DNA of 32,000 nucleotides from Vibrio vulnificus CMCP6 (GTDB lineage Bacteria; Pseudomonadota; Gammaproteobacteria; Enterobacterales; Vibrionaceae): NCBI RefSeq assembly GCF_000039765.1, contig NC_004460.2, positions 1,170,001 to 1,202,000 of the forward strand, read 5' to 3'. Shown piece by piece: positions 8,148 to 16,554 of this stretch (position 1 is its first letter; each line of letters starts with the position of its first letter). The notes under the pieces were generated by a model. It saw only the letters and a program-made list of their open reading frames with translations, ran no database searches and was not told where the DNA came from. The position numbers and the translations under genes were made by a program.

Positions 8148-9773
8148 TTATCCCTTACAAATTAGCGTTAACAGTGGTGTCAACCGTTCAGAAAAATGCT
8201 CTTCACGCACCGACGTTGCGCCATTGAGCAATGACGCTTTGGCGCTGGCTTTAAAACGGCAGAAATAAACGTGGCGACCACTGGTGGAGACATAGTCATC
8301 GAGCATTTGCACCCCAAGGTGATCAATAAAGTTGATGCCTCGGCCGAGAATAATCAGATGCTTAGCACTGACGTTCTGCATCTCTTGATGAAGATATTGC
8401 ACGCAGCCAAAAAATATCGAGCCATTAATACGGATCACCGCAATGTCGTCCTGCTGCTCAAGGTTCAGCTCATCGTGGCTCAGCCGTTCAATCGCTGGGC
8501 GCGAGGTTTTACGTAGATAAAAAAACAGCGAAGCACCAACGCCGACATAGATGGAGAGTTCAAGATGAAGAAACAGCGCCGCCAAACAGGTGGCAACCAA
8601 CACCACCGCTTCCTTTTTGTCGTGTTTGACGATGGTGGTAATGTGGTGAACATCGACTAAATACCAAGCAACCACCAAGAGTAAACCGCCCATCCCCGCG
8701 ATGGGAATGTAAGCCGCATAAGGGGCAAGCAACAGCATGATCACCAACAACAAAAGCGCAGCAAATACCGCTGCTAATGGTGTTTTCGCACCACTGCTGT
8801 AGTTAACGCCACTACGCGTAAACGAACCGGAAGAGACGTAACAAGAGAAAAACGATCCCACAATGTTGGAGAGGCCTTGACCAACAAATTCTTGGTTGCT
8901 GTCCAGTGATTGACGTGACTTGAGCGCGACTGAGCGGCTGATTGAAATCGCTTCGACTAAACCGAGCATCGCCACCGCGACAATTCCCCCCAGCATGGGT
9001 TCAACATGGCTCAATCCGGCAAATGGCGAGGAGAGACTGAGAGAACTGCTGCTCACCTCGCTCACCATCAAAACCGGGTATCCTGCCTGATTCATCCACA
9101 AGGCAAAAGCCATTGAGGCTAGCGTCGCCAATAGCATATGGGGGAGCTTCGGCCAAATTCGTTTGCACATTATGCACACCAATATGGTGACCATACCGAC
9201 TGACAGCTCTTTGGCATTAAAATGAACGGCATGGCTCCCCAGCAGCAGCAAGTTTTCAATCGCGGTTTCGCCAGAGTTGTACTGCAAACCCAGTACGTGT
9301 TTTAACTGGCTCACTCCAATCACAATCGCCGCCCCAGCGGTAAAACCCAGCACCACCGAATGGGACACAAAATTCACCACTGCGCCAAAACGCAGCAAAC
9401 CAAACAGCAATTGAATAACGCCAGCGCACAGGGTCAAGGTGAAACAGAGCTGGATATAAAGCGGTGTACTCGGCTCTGCGAACTGGCTAACCGTGGTAAA
9501 GACGATCACCGAAAGTGCCGCCGTTGGGCCAGAAATAAGATGATGGGAAGAACCAAACAATGAGGCCAAAATCGCCGGAATGATGGCGGTGTACAAACCA
9601 AATTCCGCAGGCAATCCTGCAATCATCGCATAAGCAATCCCTTGCGGCAGAACAATAATCGCCCCAGTCAGGCCAGCCCAAAAATCGGCTTGCAAAGATT
9701 GAGCGTTGACGCTTGGTAACCACTTTAAAAAGGGAAAAAGCAGCGATAGTTGGCGGTGTTTCACAGCGCGCAT
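8148..9773 (-). CDS. SulP-family anion permease with C-terminal STAS domain (putative sulfate transporter; substrate not provable from sequence)
   Basis: A polytopic membrane protein (FWAGLTGAIIVLPQGIAYAMIAGLP..., ...QEFVGQGLSNIVGSFFSCY...) followed by a STAS-like tail (VIRINGSIFFG...). I trimmed to ATG 9773, which has GAGGAA upstream; the track start is a TTG. The stop lies 2 nt from the galE ATG. Confidence 0.85.
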   Translation of the reverse strand: MRAVKHRQLSLLFPFLKWLPSVNAQSLQADFWAGLTGAIIVLPQGIAYAMIAGLPAEFGLYTAIIPAILASLFGSSHHLISGPTAALSVIVFTTVSQFAEPSTPLYIQLCFTLTLCAGVIQLLFGLLRFGAVVNFVSHSVVLGFTAGAAIVIGVSQLKHVLGLQYNSGETAIENLLLLGSHAVHFNAKELSVGMVTILVCIMCKRIWPKLPHMLLATLASMAFALWMNQAGYPVLMVSEVSSSSLSLSSPFAGLSHVEPMLGGIVAVAMLGLVEAISISRSVALKSRQSLDSNQEFVGQGLSNIVGSFFSCYVSSGSFTRSGVNYSSGAKTPLAAVFAALLLLVIMLLLAPYAAYIPIAGMGGLLLVVAWYLVDVHHITTIVKHDKKEAVVLVATCLAALFLHLELSIYVGVGASLFFYLRKTSRPAIERLSHDELNLEQQDDIAVIRINGSIFFGCVQYLHQEMQNVSAKHLIILGRGINFIDHLGVQMLDDYVSTSGRHVYFCRFKASAKASLLNGATSVREEHFSERLTPLLTLICKG

Positions 9774-10115
9774 CACTATTCCTCTAACAACTGTCGATTT
9801 CAAATGGGAAGATGATGGCGTGCTCTTAACTAAAAAGCGCCGCTTGCTAACCGTCAAGCAGTGGCCTCTGACACCATTGGTTGGTCCTCACAAAACACCG
9901 TTATTACGCTGCTTAGCTGGCAGCAGAGGCATGCTTAAAAGCGGTTAATCATCACTTCAAACCGCGGTCATGGCCGTTCCCACACCGTTGGCTTGTTTTA
10001 TTCGTGCGTTCATACACCCAAACCATTTGAAACTGCTGCGTTAAGTTGGGCAAAGATACATAAACAACATGAATGCCAGCACTATAAACAACCAACATAA
10101 CGCAATCAATAGAAA

Positions 10116-10130
10116 CAAAACAGCTTTTCA
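10116..10130. promoter_or_regulatory. KdgR-like box S (CAAAACAGCTTTTCA)
   Basis: Lies in the 1-kb divergent control region, about 340 nt upstream of the SulP start. Confidence 0.35.
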
Positions 10131-10171
10131 TTTTTAATGATTAATTGATTTAAATTATGTGATTTTGATTA

Positions 10172-10186
10172 TAAAACATCATTTCA
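10172..10186. promoter_or_regulatory. KdgR-like box P1 (TAAAACATCATTTCA)
   Basis: The core AAAACATCATTTCA is identical to box D2. It is preceded by TGTGATTTTGATTATA, which has only a weak CRP-like half-site. Confidence 0.45.
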
Positions 10187-10503
10187 AAATAGATTGAATG
10201 GATAGATAAATGCTAACATCTGTGAGAAATAGAATGACTAGATAACAGAATAATTGAAATCCGTGAAAAAATATTCAGCAGTAAATTGAATATGAAATCA
10301 CACAATTAATTAAAAGGTATTGCATATTGATTATTTAAACGTGATAGTGAAAACGTTGAAGAGCAATCACTCTATTCAAATTTTGCAAATAAAAATCGTC
10401 GATAACTCCACGCGAATTTTCATTGATATTGGCCCTACGAAAGTAGTTATTAGTGAAAATTGGATATAGCTGTTAGTTTTCCAAGATATTGTTTGCAATC
10501 TTT

Positions 10504-10525
10504 AAGAGCCCCTTATGGGGCTCTT
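10504..10525 (+). terminator. Orphan rho-independent-type hairpin in the middle of the 1-kb intergenic region
   Basis: AAGAGCCCC-TTAT-GGGGCTCTT (9-bp stem) followed by ATTCTT on the plus strand. No annotated plus-strand gene lies upstream. Confidence 0.5.
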
Positions 10526-10835
10526 ATTCTTCCACCTTCCCATCCCCTAACTCTCACCACAACACACATTCAAAAAAGAAATAAAATTTACTTTACAATA
10601 TTAAAATCAAATAATTAGATGAAAATCTCATCCCTCACCCGGCCCACTATCGGCAAAAAAACACTCGACTTCCTACTCAATCCATCATTACACACAAGCT
10701 TCACCGCCCCTCATTTCCATATTCTACTGTGTTTTATTCTCTGACTTTTAAATAGAAAACCGCATAAGAAACAAAACACATAAACACAAATCACAATACT
10801 CTTTTATTTTTGATGAACATCCGGTTTTTAAAACA

Positions 10836-10850
10836 CAAAACGATGTTTCA
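10836..10850. promoter_or_regulatory. KdgR-like box P2 (CAAAACGATGTTTCA) upstream of the porin gene
   Basis: A palindromic core AAAC-GAT-GTTT, 64-78 nt upstream of ATG 10914. Confidence 0.5.
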
Positions 10851-10913
10851 GTTTAAATAATCACAAATATCAATAATATTCACATTGCAAATAGAATTCT
10901 CCTCTACATAAAA

Positions 10914-12353
10914 ATGGAATATATGGATATGCAACATAGAATCAATCTTTCTCTGATCTCTACCGCTGTACTGGCCGCCCTAACTTCCGGTACTGCTTTC
11001 GCCAATGATGTCGACCCAAACGATATTCGTAACCAGAGTGCCGCTGCAGTTGACCTAGCCACTGAAGCCAAACAGGCTTTTTATGATGGCTCGACCTCTC
11101 GCCTACACTCATTCTTATACATTCGTGACCGCGAGCAGAAAAACATGACCACGGGTGAATGGTCGCCAAACATTGAAAACCAAACTCTGCAACTGGCATG
11201 GGACTACAAATCAGGCTATTTCAAAGACACCATCGGCTTGGATATCTGGGCGAACACCAACCTGCAACTTGGCAATACCACTGGCATGTCGGAGATCCTT
11301 TACTTTGATCATGAGTGTCAAAACAACCCAGCCTACGATGGCAAGGGGTGTGAGAAGTCTTATGCTGCACTCTCAGTCGCCGCACTAAAAGCGAAGTTTG
11401 GTAACGAGGATGTTGGCCTTGCTCTGCGTGGTGGTTACACACAAATTAACATTGGTACCATTCGTTCTAGCTGGGGCCTGAACCCACACGCTTATCGTGG
11501 TCTTGAAGCCAAAGCGCATTTTGGTAACTTGATTGTCGGCTACGCAATTGCGGACCAATTTAAGAACGATTGGCGCAAAGAGTTTTTGCCAATGACCACC
11601 AAATGGCACCAAAACCAATTGAAAGGCGCTGACACCACCAACACGGTGATCGACCACATTCAAACACTCGGTGCGATCTATAAGTTCGACCAAGGCCAAA
11701 TTGACGTCGGTTACGGTGTGGGTAAAGACTACCGTCAAAACTGGCAAGCCCTAGGGAAATACAATTTCGATCTAGGTTCGGCCAAAGTGGGCCTAAGCGC
11801 GTTCTACCACGGTTCGATTCTAGAAAAGAGTGCTTTAACTACCAACGTAGTGAGCAACAAAGAGGAAGCACAAAGCTATCTTGGCCTTGGTGCCAACATT
11901 AAGCACGGCGGCTTTACGTGGATTGCGGGCGTCAGCAGCACCGACACCGGTGGTCAAGAGCTTAGCTACAACTTCCGCCTTACCCCTTGGGCAAACTCGG
12001 ACAACCGTAACTTCCAGCAAACCACCTCTGGCCTAGATGACTACAACGCTGACGGTACCAAAGCGGTTAAATTGGCGGTGAACTACAACTTTGCCAGCTG
12101 GGATCTGCCAGAGCTGACCGCGGGTATCGGTGGTAACTACGGTACCAATGTTCGCTCAAGCTTAACTGAAAAAGAATACGATGGCTCTATGCACTCTTTC
12201 GATTGGAACATCGGCTACAAGTTCATGGATGGCGCATTGGAAGGCCTAAATATTCGCACCTTCCGCAGCAAATTCCGTGGCAACGACATCGTACACAAAG
12301 CGGATCGTAACGATACAAAAGTGCTGATTTCATACAGCGTAAAACTCAAATAA
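10914..12353 (+). CDS. Outer-membrane porin, OprD / chitoporin-like family (putative GAG-oligosaccharide channel)
   Basis: Signal peptide ...LISTAVLAALTSGTAFA|NDV. The body has alternating beta-strand-like, aromatic/Gly-rich sequence (GYFKDTIGLDIW, GLALRGGYTQINIGT, GLEAKAHFGNLIVGYA). The family call is from sequence style only. Three in-frame ATGs (10914, 10923, 10929) are possible starts. Confidence 0.75.
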   Translation: MEYMDMQHRINLSLISTAVLAALTSGTAFANDVDPNDIRNQSAAAVDLATEAKQAFYDGSTSRLHSFLYIRDREQKNMTTGEWSPNIENQTLQLAWDYKSGYFKDTIGLDIWANTNLQLGNTTGMSEILYFDHECQNNPAYDGKGCEKSYAALSVAALKAKFGNEDVGLALRGGYTQINIGTIRSSWGLNPHAYRGLEAKAHFGNLIVGYAIADQFKNDWRKEFLPMTTKWHQNQLKGADTTNTVIDHIQTLGAIYKFDQGQIDVGYGVGKDYRQNWQALGKYNFDLGSAKVGLSAFYHGSILEKSALTTNVVSNKEEAQSYLGLGANIKHGGFTWIAGVSSTDTGGQELSYNFRLTPWANSDNRNFQQTTSGLDDYNADGTKAVKLAVNYNFASWDLPELTAGIGGNYGTNVRSSLTEKEYDGSMHSFDWNIGYKFMDGALEGLNIRTFRSKFRGNDIVHKADRNDTKVLISYSVKLK

Positions 12354-12378
12354 TTTAACCTCTCATTCCACTGTATTT

Positions 12379-12403
12379 GCCCGGCTCAACGCCGGGCTTT
12401 TTT
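12379..12403 (+). terminator. Rho-independent terminator of the porin gene
   Basis: GCCCGGC-TCAAC-GCCGGGC followed by TTTTTT. Confidence 0.85.
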
Positions 12404-12444
12404 GTCATCGCAGCCAATTATGCCTCATCGTTGCAGTCGATTGA

Positions 12445-12717
12445 GGGTGTTTAAGCATTGCGCAATCACCGCGTTGTCGGGCTCTTTTCGCTCACTACAT
12501 AGGGGTAAATCCTATAAGCTTGGCGCTCGCGAGCGGCCTCGCCGTCTCAGCAATGCTGCTGACGAAAACTACGCACCCACCTGCGGGTGCGAATCCGTTG
12601 CTGATTATGATGACAGGGCAAAATTGGTACTTTTTACTGACTCCGGTTCTACTTGGAGCAGTGATCATCGTAGTGATCGGCAAGGGAATGCAAAAATCCC
12701 TCAAAACCTACGCTTAG
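12445..12717 (+). pseudogene. HPP-family membrane protein remnant (C-terminal ~80 codons only)
   Basis: The frame is open from an in-frame TGA at 12442. It encodes ...ALASGLAVSAMLLTKTTHPPAGANPLLIMMTGQNWYFLLTPVLLGAVIIVVIG, which contains the family-defining HPPAGA motif. It has no plausible N-terminal half, no SD, and sits immediately after the porin terminator. Confidence 0.6.
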
Positions 12718-12736
12718 TCGACGAGAAAGTAACAAC

Positions 12737-12757
12737 AAAGGGGCAGATCGCCCCTTT
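12737..12757. terminator. Bidirectional terminator between the HPP remnant and the convergent MCP gene
   Basis: AAAGGGGC-AGATC-GCCCCTTT, flanked by T-rich sequence in both orientations. Confidence 0.7.
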
Positions 12758-12813
12758 GATATTTTGCTATTTGAAGTAACAGGAGATGAAGCTTAACTTG
12801 CCGTTAAGCCTTG

Positions 12814-14760
12814 TCACACAACGTATTGAGCGACCAATTTTTGCTGCTGGGCAGCCATGGTTTGCAACTCGTTTCCAGTCGTCACCAAATGGCTGATTTG
12901 GTCTAAGTTGGTCTGTGAATCGCTTTGAATTTCGGCAATTTTCGCCGCGATTTTCCGCGTTAAGCTGCGCTGCTGCTTTGTTGCTGCTGAGATGGATTGC
13001 GCAGTTTGACTGCTCAGATCTAGGCACGTTTTCACGCGGTTGACCGATTCGACGGCCTGTTTGGCACTGTTCATCGAATCCTGCATCTCTCGATTACAGT
13101 GCTCTATCTGCACTACCGCGGTGTCTACGTCATGATGAAGCACATCAATGATGTCACGCACTTCCACCACCGAGCCTGAGGTGCGCTCGGCTAAGGTTCT
13201 CACTTCATCGGACACCACCGCAAACCCACGCCCATGCGCGCCTGCCCTCGCGGATTCAATTGCCGCGTTTAACGCCAACAAGTTGGTTTGCTGGGCGACT
13301 TCATCAATGAATTTCATCGCTAAATTTATCTGTGCGGCACTCTGCTTTAGACGATGCATGGTCTCTACCGCCAATTGCAGTTTGTGTTCTAACGCCAAAT
13401 GACGCTCAATATTTTCATTGACGTTCAAAGAACCGTTATACGCTTCTTGGCTTGCTAGTGTCGCCTGACGTGCTCCGGATTCACTTTCATCATCAATATC
13501 GCCAATAAACTGCGTGAGTTGATGTGTGTGATGAACGACGCTCGCTGTTCGCTCGGCTTGCTGTTGCAACGCCTGAGTTAGGCCTGAAGTTCGCTGGCCA
13601 TTCTGTTGGATGACTTGGTTTAATTTCGTAGAACTGTGGGTGAGGGTGTCAATCATCGCCAGTTGAGACTGACGCAACTGCTCTAAATGGCGGGCTAATC
13701 GGCCAAACTCAGCAGGCAATGAGTTGGGCACCGATTGGGTCAGATCACTCTCCGCCATCCGCTGAATCGTACCAATCAGTAACCGCAGGCTACGTTTGAG
13801 TGTACTCGACACATTGATCGCTATGACACAGCTGAAGCCGCCAATCAGTAAGACAAAGCCAATCAATTGAACGTGATAAAGCGCTTGATCAGCTTGCGCA
13901 TTTTCAACTCTCAGCGCGACCTCTTCCAACAGCTGTTGGTTGGCCACTTCAAGCTGCTCTCCCACCTTAGATAAACGGTGGGCAAGTTGCTGAGCTTGCT
14001 GCTGAACCTGCTTTTGGTTTTCAGCCAACAGCAGCTGAGCGTACACCACCCCCGAGGATTCAAACGCATCCAACAGTACTTTGCTGACCAAAGCGGCATC
14101 GCGTTGACCATATTGGCGACTGCGCGTTTTTAACTGCTTACTCTTCTCCTCTATCGATCGAGCTAGCGCGCGATTCTTCTCTCTTAACTGACTGATGGCA
14201 GCGGGATCGTCACTGGTTAATGCGCGGTTAATATTAAAACTCAAGCCATCAATATCACTGCTCACACTGTCTACCAGCATGGTAGTGTTCATGTCGTCCG
14301 AACTGACGGCCAAAGCGTAAATTTTACGTTTCACTTTGGTGATGGCGAGTTGATGCGCTTGCCGTTTTTTCTCTAACTCAGCACGCATTCCAGAGCCTAA
14401 AAGCGCTTTATCCAATAGCTGCTGGGTTTCATCCAGCAACCCTTCTGTATGTCTCCTTGAGAAAGAATGGGAAGACAAACGCTCTTGCAACGTCGACATC
14501 GGCTGCAACAGTTCCGATGATGCGTTTTCCAGCGACTCTGCGGCTGGGATAGAAAGAATTCGATTTTCAATATTACCGACTAAACTTAAGCTCATCGCTT
14601 GGCGCTGCATTTGTCGCATCGTATGTTCAGACAACTGATCGAGTTGATGAATCAATTGCTTTCCCTGCCATATCGATAAACCACAGACCGAAATAAGCAC
14701 CAGCGTTAACAGTATTACCAACAGTTGAATACGCCGAATGATAGAGGTGTTCTTCCCCAT
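12814..14760 (-). CDS. Methyl-accepting chemotaxis protein with a large (~265 aa) all-helical periplasmic sensor region
   Basis: TM1 ([16 protein letters not shown]), TM2 ([17 protein letters not shown]), a HAMP-like segment, and the canonical signalling hairpin [34 protein letters not shown]. Confidence 0.92.
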   Translation of the reverse strand: MGKNTSIIRRIQLLVILLTLVLISVCGLSIWQGKQLIHQLDQLSEHTMRQMQRQAMSLSLVGNIENRILSIPAAESLENASSELLQPMSTLQERLSSHSFSRRHTEGLLDETQQLLDKALLGSGMRAELEKKRQAHQLAITKVKRKIYALAVSSDDMNTTMLVDSVSSDIDGLSFNINRALTSDDPAAISQLREKNRALARSIEEKSKQLKTRSRQYGQRDAALVSKVLLDAFESSGVVYAQLLLAENQKQVQQQAQQLAHRLSKVGEQLEVANQQLLEEVALRVENAQADQALYHVQLIGFVLLIGGFSCVIAINVSSTLKRSLRLLIGTIQRMAESDLTQSVPNSLPAEFGRLARHLEQLRQSQLAMIDTLTHSSTKLNQVIQQNGQRTSGLTQALQQQAERTASVVHHTHQLTQFIGDIDDESESGARQATLASQEAYNGSLNVNENIERHLALEHKLQLAVETMHRLKQSAAQINLAMKFIDEVAQQTNLLALNAAIESARAGAHGRGFAVVSDEVRTLAERTSGSVVEVRDIIDVLHHDVDTAVVQIEHCNREMQDSMNSAKQAVESVNRVKTCLDLSSQTAQSISAATKQQRSLTRKIAAKIAEIQSDSQTNLDQISHLVTTGNELQTMAAQQQKLVAQYVV

Positions 14761-14795
14761 GATGTAGATCCTTTTCCGTTTTGCTCAGACAAAAA

Positions 14796-14818
14796 AGCCT
14801 CCTGGGTGACAGGAGGCT
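14796..14818 (-). terminator. Rho-independent terminator after the ABC ATPase gene
   Basis: AGCCTCCTG-GGTGA-CAGGAGGCT. On the minus strand it is followed by TTTTTT. It lies between the ATPase stop (14852) and the MCP start (14760). Confidence 0.8.
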
Positions 14819-14851
14819 GTTTGTTGGTGACGCCCCATGATTAACACGGAG

Positions 14852-16552
14852 CTATGCAATCTTTTTTGCCGCTTCCTCCGGTGGGAGCTCAGCGACAGGC
14901 ACCGCCGCAATCAGTTGTTTGGTATAGGCTTGCTGCGGGTTGAAAATGACCTGCTCAACGCTTCCTTGCTCAACAATATGGCCATGTTGCAACACCAGCA
15001 GGCGATCACAGAAATATTTCACGGTTGCGATGTCGTGGGTGATGAGGATAAACGCCGTGCCATAGGTATTTTGGAACTCAATCAGCAGATCTAACACCTG
15101 AGAACGCAGCGATACATCCAGTGCTGCAGTCGCTTCATCGGCAATCACCACTTTAGGAATGGTGACCAAAGCGCGTGCAATCACGATGCGCTGGCGCTGA
15201 CCGCCTGAGAAAGCATGCGGGTAGCGACTGGAGAATTCTGGCGGAAGCCCAACCCATTTCATGATGTTGCGTACTCGCTCTTCACGCTGTTTTTTGCTCA
15301 TTTCGGTGCGTAGCTTCAAAAGCGGCTCTTCAATGATGTCAAACACCGTCATGCGTGGATTGAGTGATGACCATGGGTCTTGAAAGATCAAACGCAGATC
15401 GGCAAACAAAGGATCGCGTTTCTGACGCTTGTAATCAGACAGTTCAATTTCACGCCCTGAGTCCTCATCCACGTATTGGATCGAACCCGTGCTCGCTGGT
15501 GACATGCCCAAAATCGCACGGCCCAAAGTACTTTTTCCGGAACCCGATTCGCCAACGATGCCTAAAGATTCCCCCGGATAAAGGGTTAAACTGGCGTTAT
15601 CGACCGCCGTCATAAAACGCTTTTTCTGGAACATCTTCGAGGGTTTTTCAAAGATTTTGCTCACGCCACTCAAATCCAAAATCGGACGGGGCGCATTATT
15701 CACATCCAGCGCAAACGGCACTTTCACTTTGGACGGTTTTTCCAAAGCGCGCGTCGCTTCCATTAACTTGCACGTGTAGGGGTGTTGAGGGTTCTCAAAA
15801 ATCTGCCGTACCTCGCCACACTCCACTAATACGCCTTTTTCCATCACCGCGACGCGATCGGAAATCTGTGCCACGACACCCAAGTCGTGGGTAATGAACA
15901 GAATCGCCATGCCAAATTGCTGTTGCAGCTCGGCAAACAGGTCGAGAATCTCCGCCTGTGTGGTCACATCCAGCGCCGTGGTTGGCTCATCGGCAATCAA
16001 GATATCTGGATTGGAGGCAATCGCCATAGCGATCACCACACGTTGACGCTGCCCCCCGGAGAGTTCAAACGAGTACTTGTTGATCAAACTTTCCGGCTCT
16101 GGCATTTGCACTTGATATAGCAGTTCTAACGTGCGTGTGTGCGCTCGCTCTTTGGTGATGTTCGGCTCAACCAAACAGAGCACTTCTTTGATTTGGTCAC
16201 CCACAGTATGCACTGGACTGAGCGCCGCCATCGGTTCTTGCGATACCAAGGAGATGTTGAAGCAGCGCATGTAGCGCATCTCTTTACTGCGCGGATCCAT
16301 TTGCGCGATGTCGATGATCTGCCCTTGCTCGTTTTGGTAAAGGATTTCACCCGAATCAATACGGCCCGGTTTGTCCAACAACTGCATGATGGCGGACGAC
16401 GTCACCGATTTGCCAGAGCCTGACTCACCAATGACCGACAATGTTTCGCCGCGATAGAGGTCAAAACTGACCCCTTTAACTGCGTGAAAATGTTCCGTAC
16501 TGGTCGGGAAGCTTACGTTGAGATCTTTTACTTGAAGAATGCGTTGTTTCAT
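14852..16552 (-). CDS. ABC transporter ATP-binding protein, fused tandem NBDs (DppD/DppF-type)
   Basis: Two Walker A motifs (GESGSGKS twice), two signature motifs ([16 protein letters not shown]) and two Walker B/D-loops ([24 protein letters not shown]). Confidence 0.95.
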   Translation of the reverse strand: MKQRILQVKDLNVSFPTSTEHFHAVKGVSFDLYRGETLSVIGESGSGKSVTSSAIMQLLDKPGRIDSGEILYQNEQGQIIDIAQMDPRSKEMRYMRCFNISLVSQEPMAALSPVHTVGDQIKEVLCLVEPNITKERAHTRTLELLYQVQMPEPESLINKYSFELSGGQRQRVVIAMAIASNPDILIADEPTTALDVTTQAEILDLFAELQQQFGMAILFITHDLGVVAQISDRVAVMEKGVLVECGEVRQIFENPQHPYTCKLMEATRALEKPSKVKVPFALDVNNAPRPILDLSGVSKIFEKPSKMFQKKRFMTAVDNASLTLYPGESLGIVGESGSGKSTLGRAILGMSPASTGSIQYVDEDSGREIELSDYKRQKRDPLFADLRLIFQDPWSSLNPRMTVFDIIEEPLLKLRTEMSKKQREERVRNIMKWVGLPPEFSSRYPHAFSGGQRQRIVIARALVTIPKVVIADEATAALDVSLRSQVLDLLIEFQNTYGTAFILITHDIATVKYFCDRLLVLQHGHIVEQGSVEQVIFNPQQAYTKQLIAAVPVAELPPEEAAKKIA

Positions 16553-16554
16553 TA

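Noticed and set aside
9706-9948. 80-aa plus-strand ORF in the SulP leader region
   Set aside because: It overlaps the SulP 5' end in antisense, has no SD and has no recognisable domain.
10157-10176. CRP-like site TGTGATTTTGATTATA next to box P1, and TGTGATCAATGACAGG in module D
   Set aside because: Only the left half-site matches TGTGA-N6-TCACA. The right halves match at 2-3 of 5 positions, which is not enough to call a CRP site.
12402-12779. 125-aa plus-strand ORF after the porin terminator
   Set aside because: It is out of frame with the HPPAGA-containing frame, which is the only frame with family resemblance. It starts within the terminator T-run.
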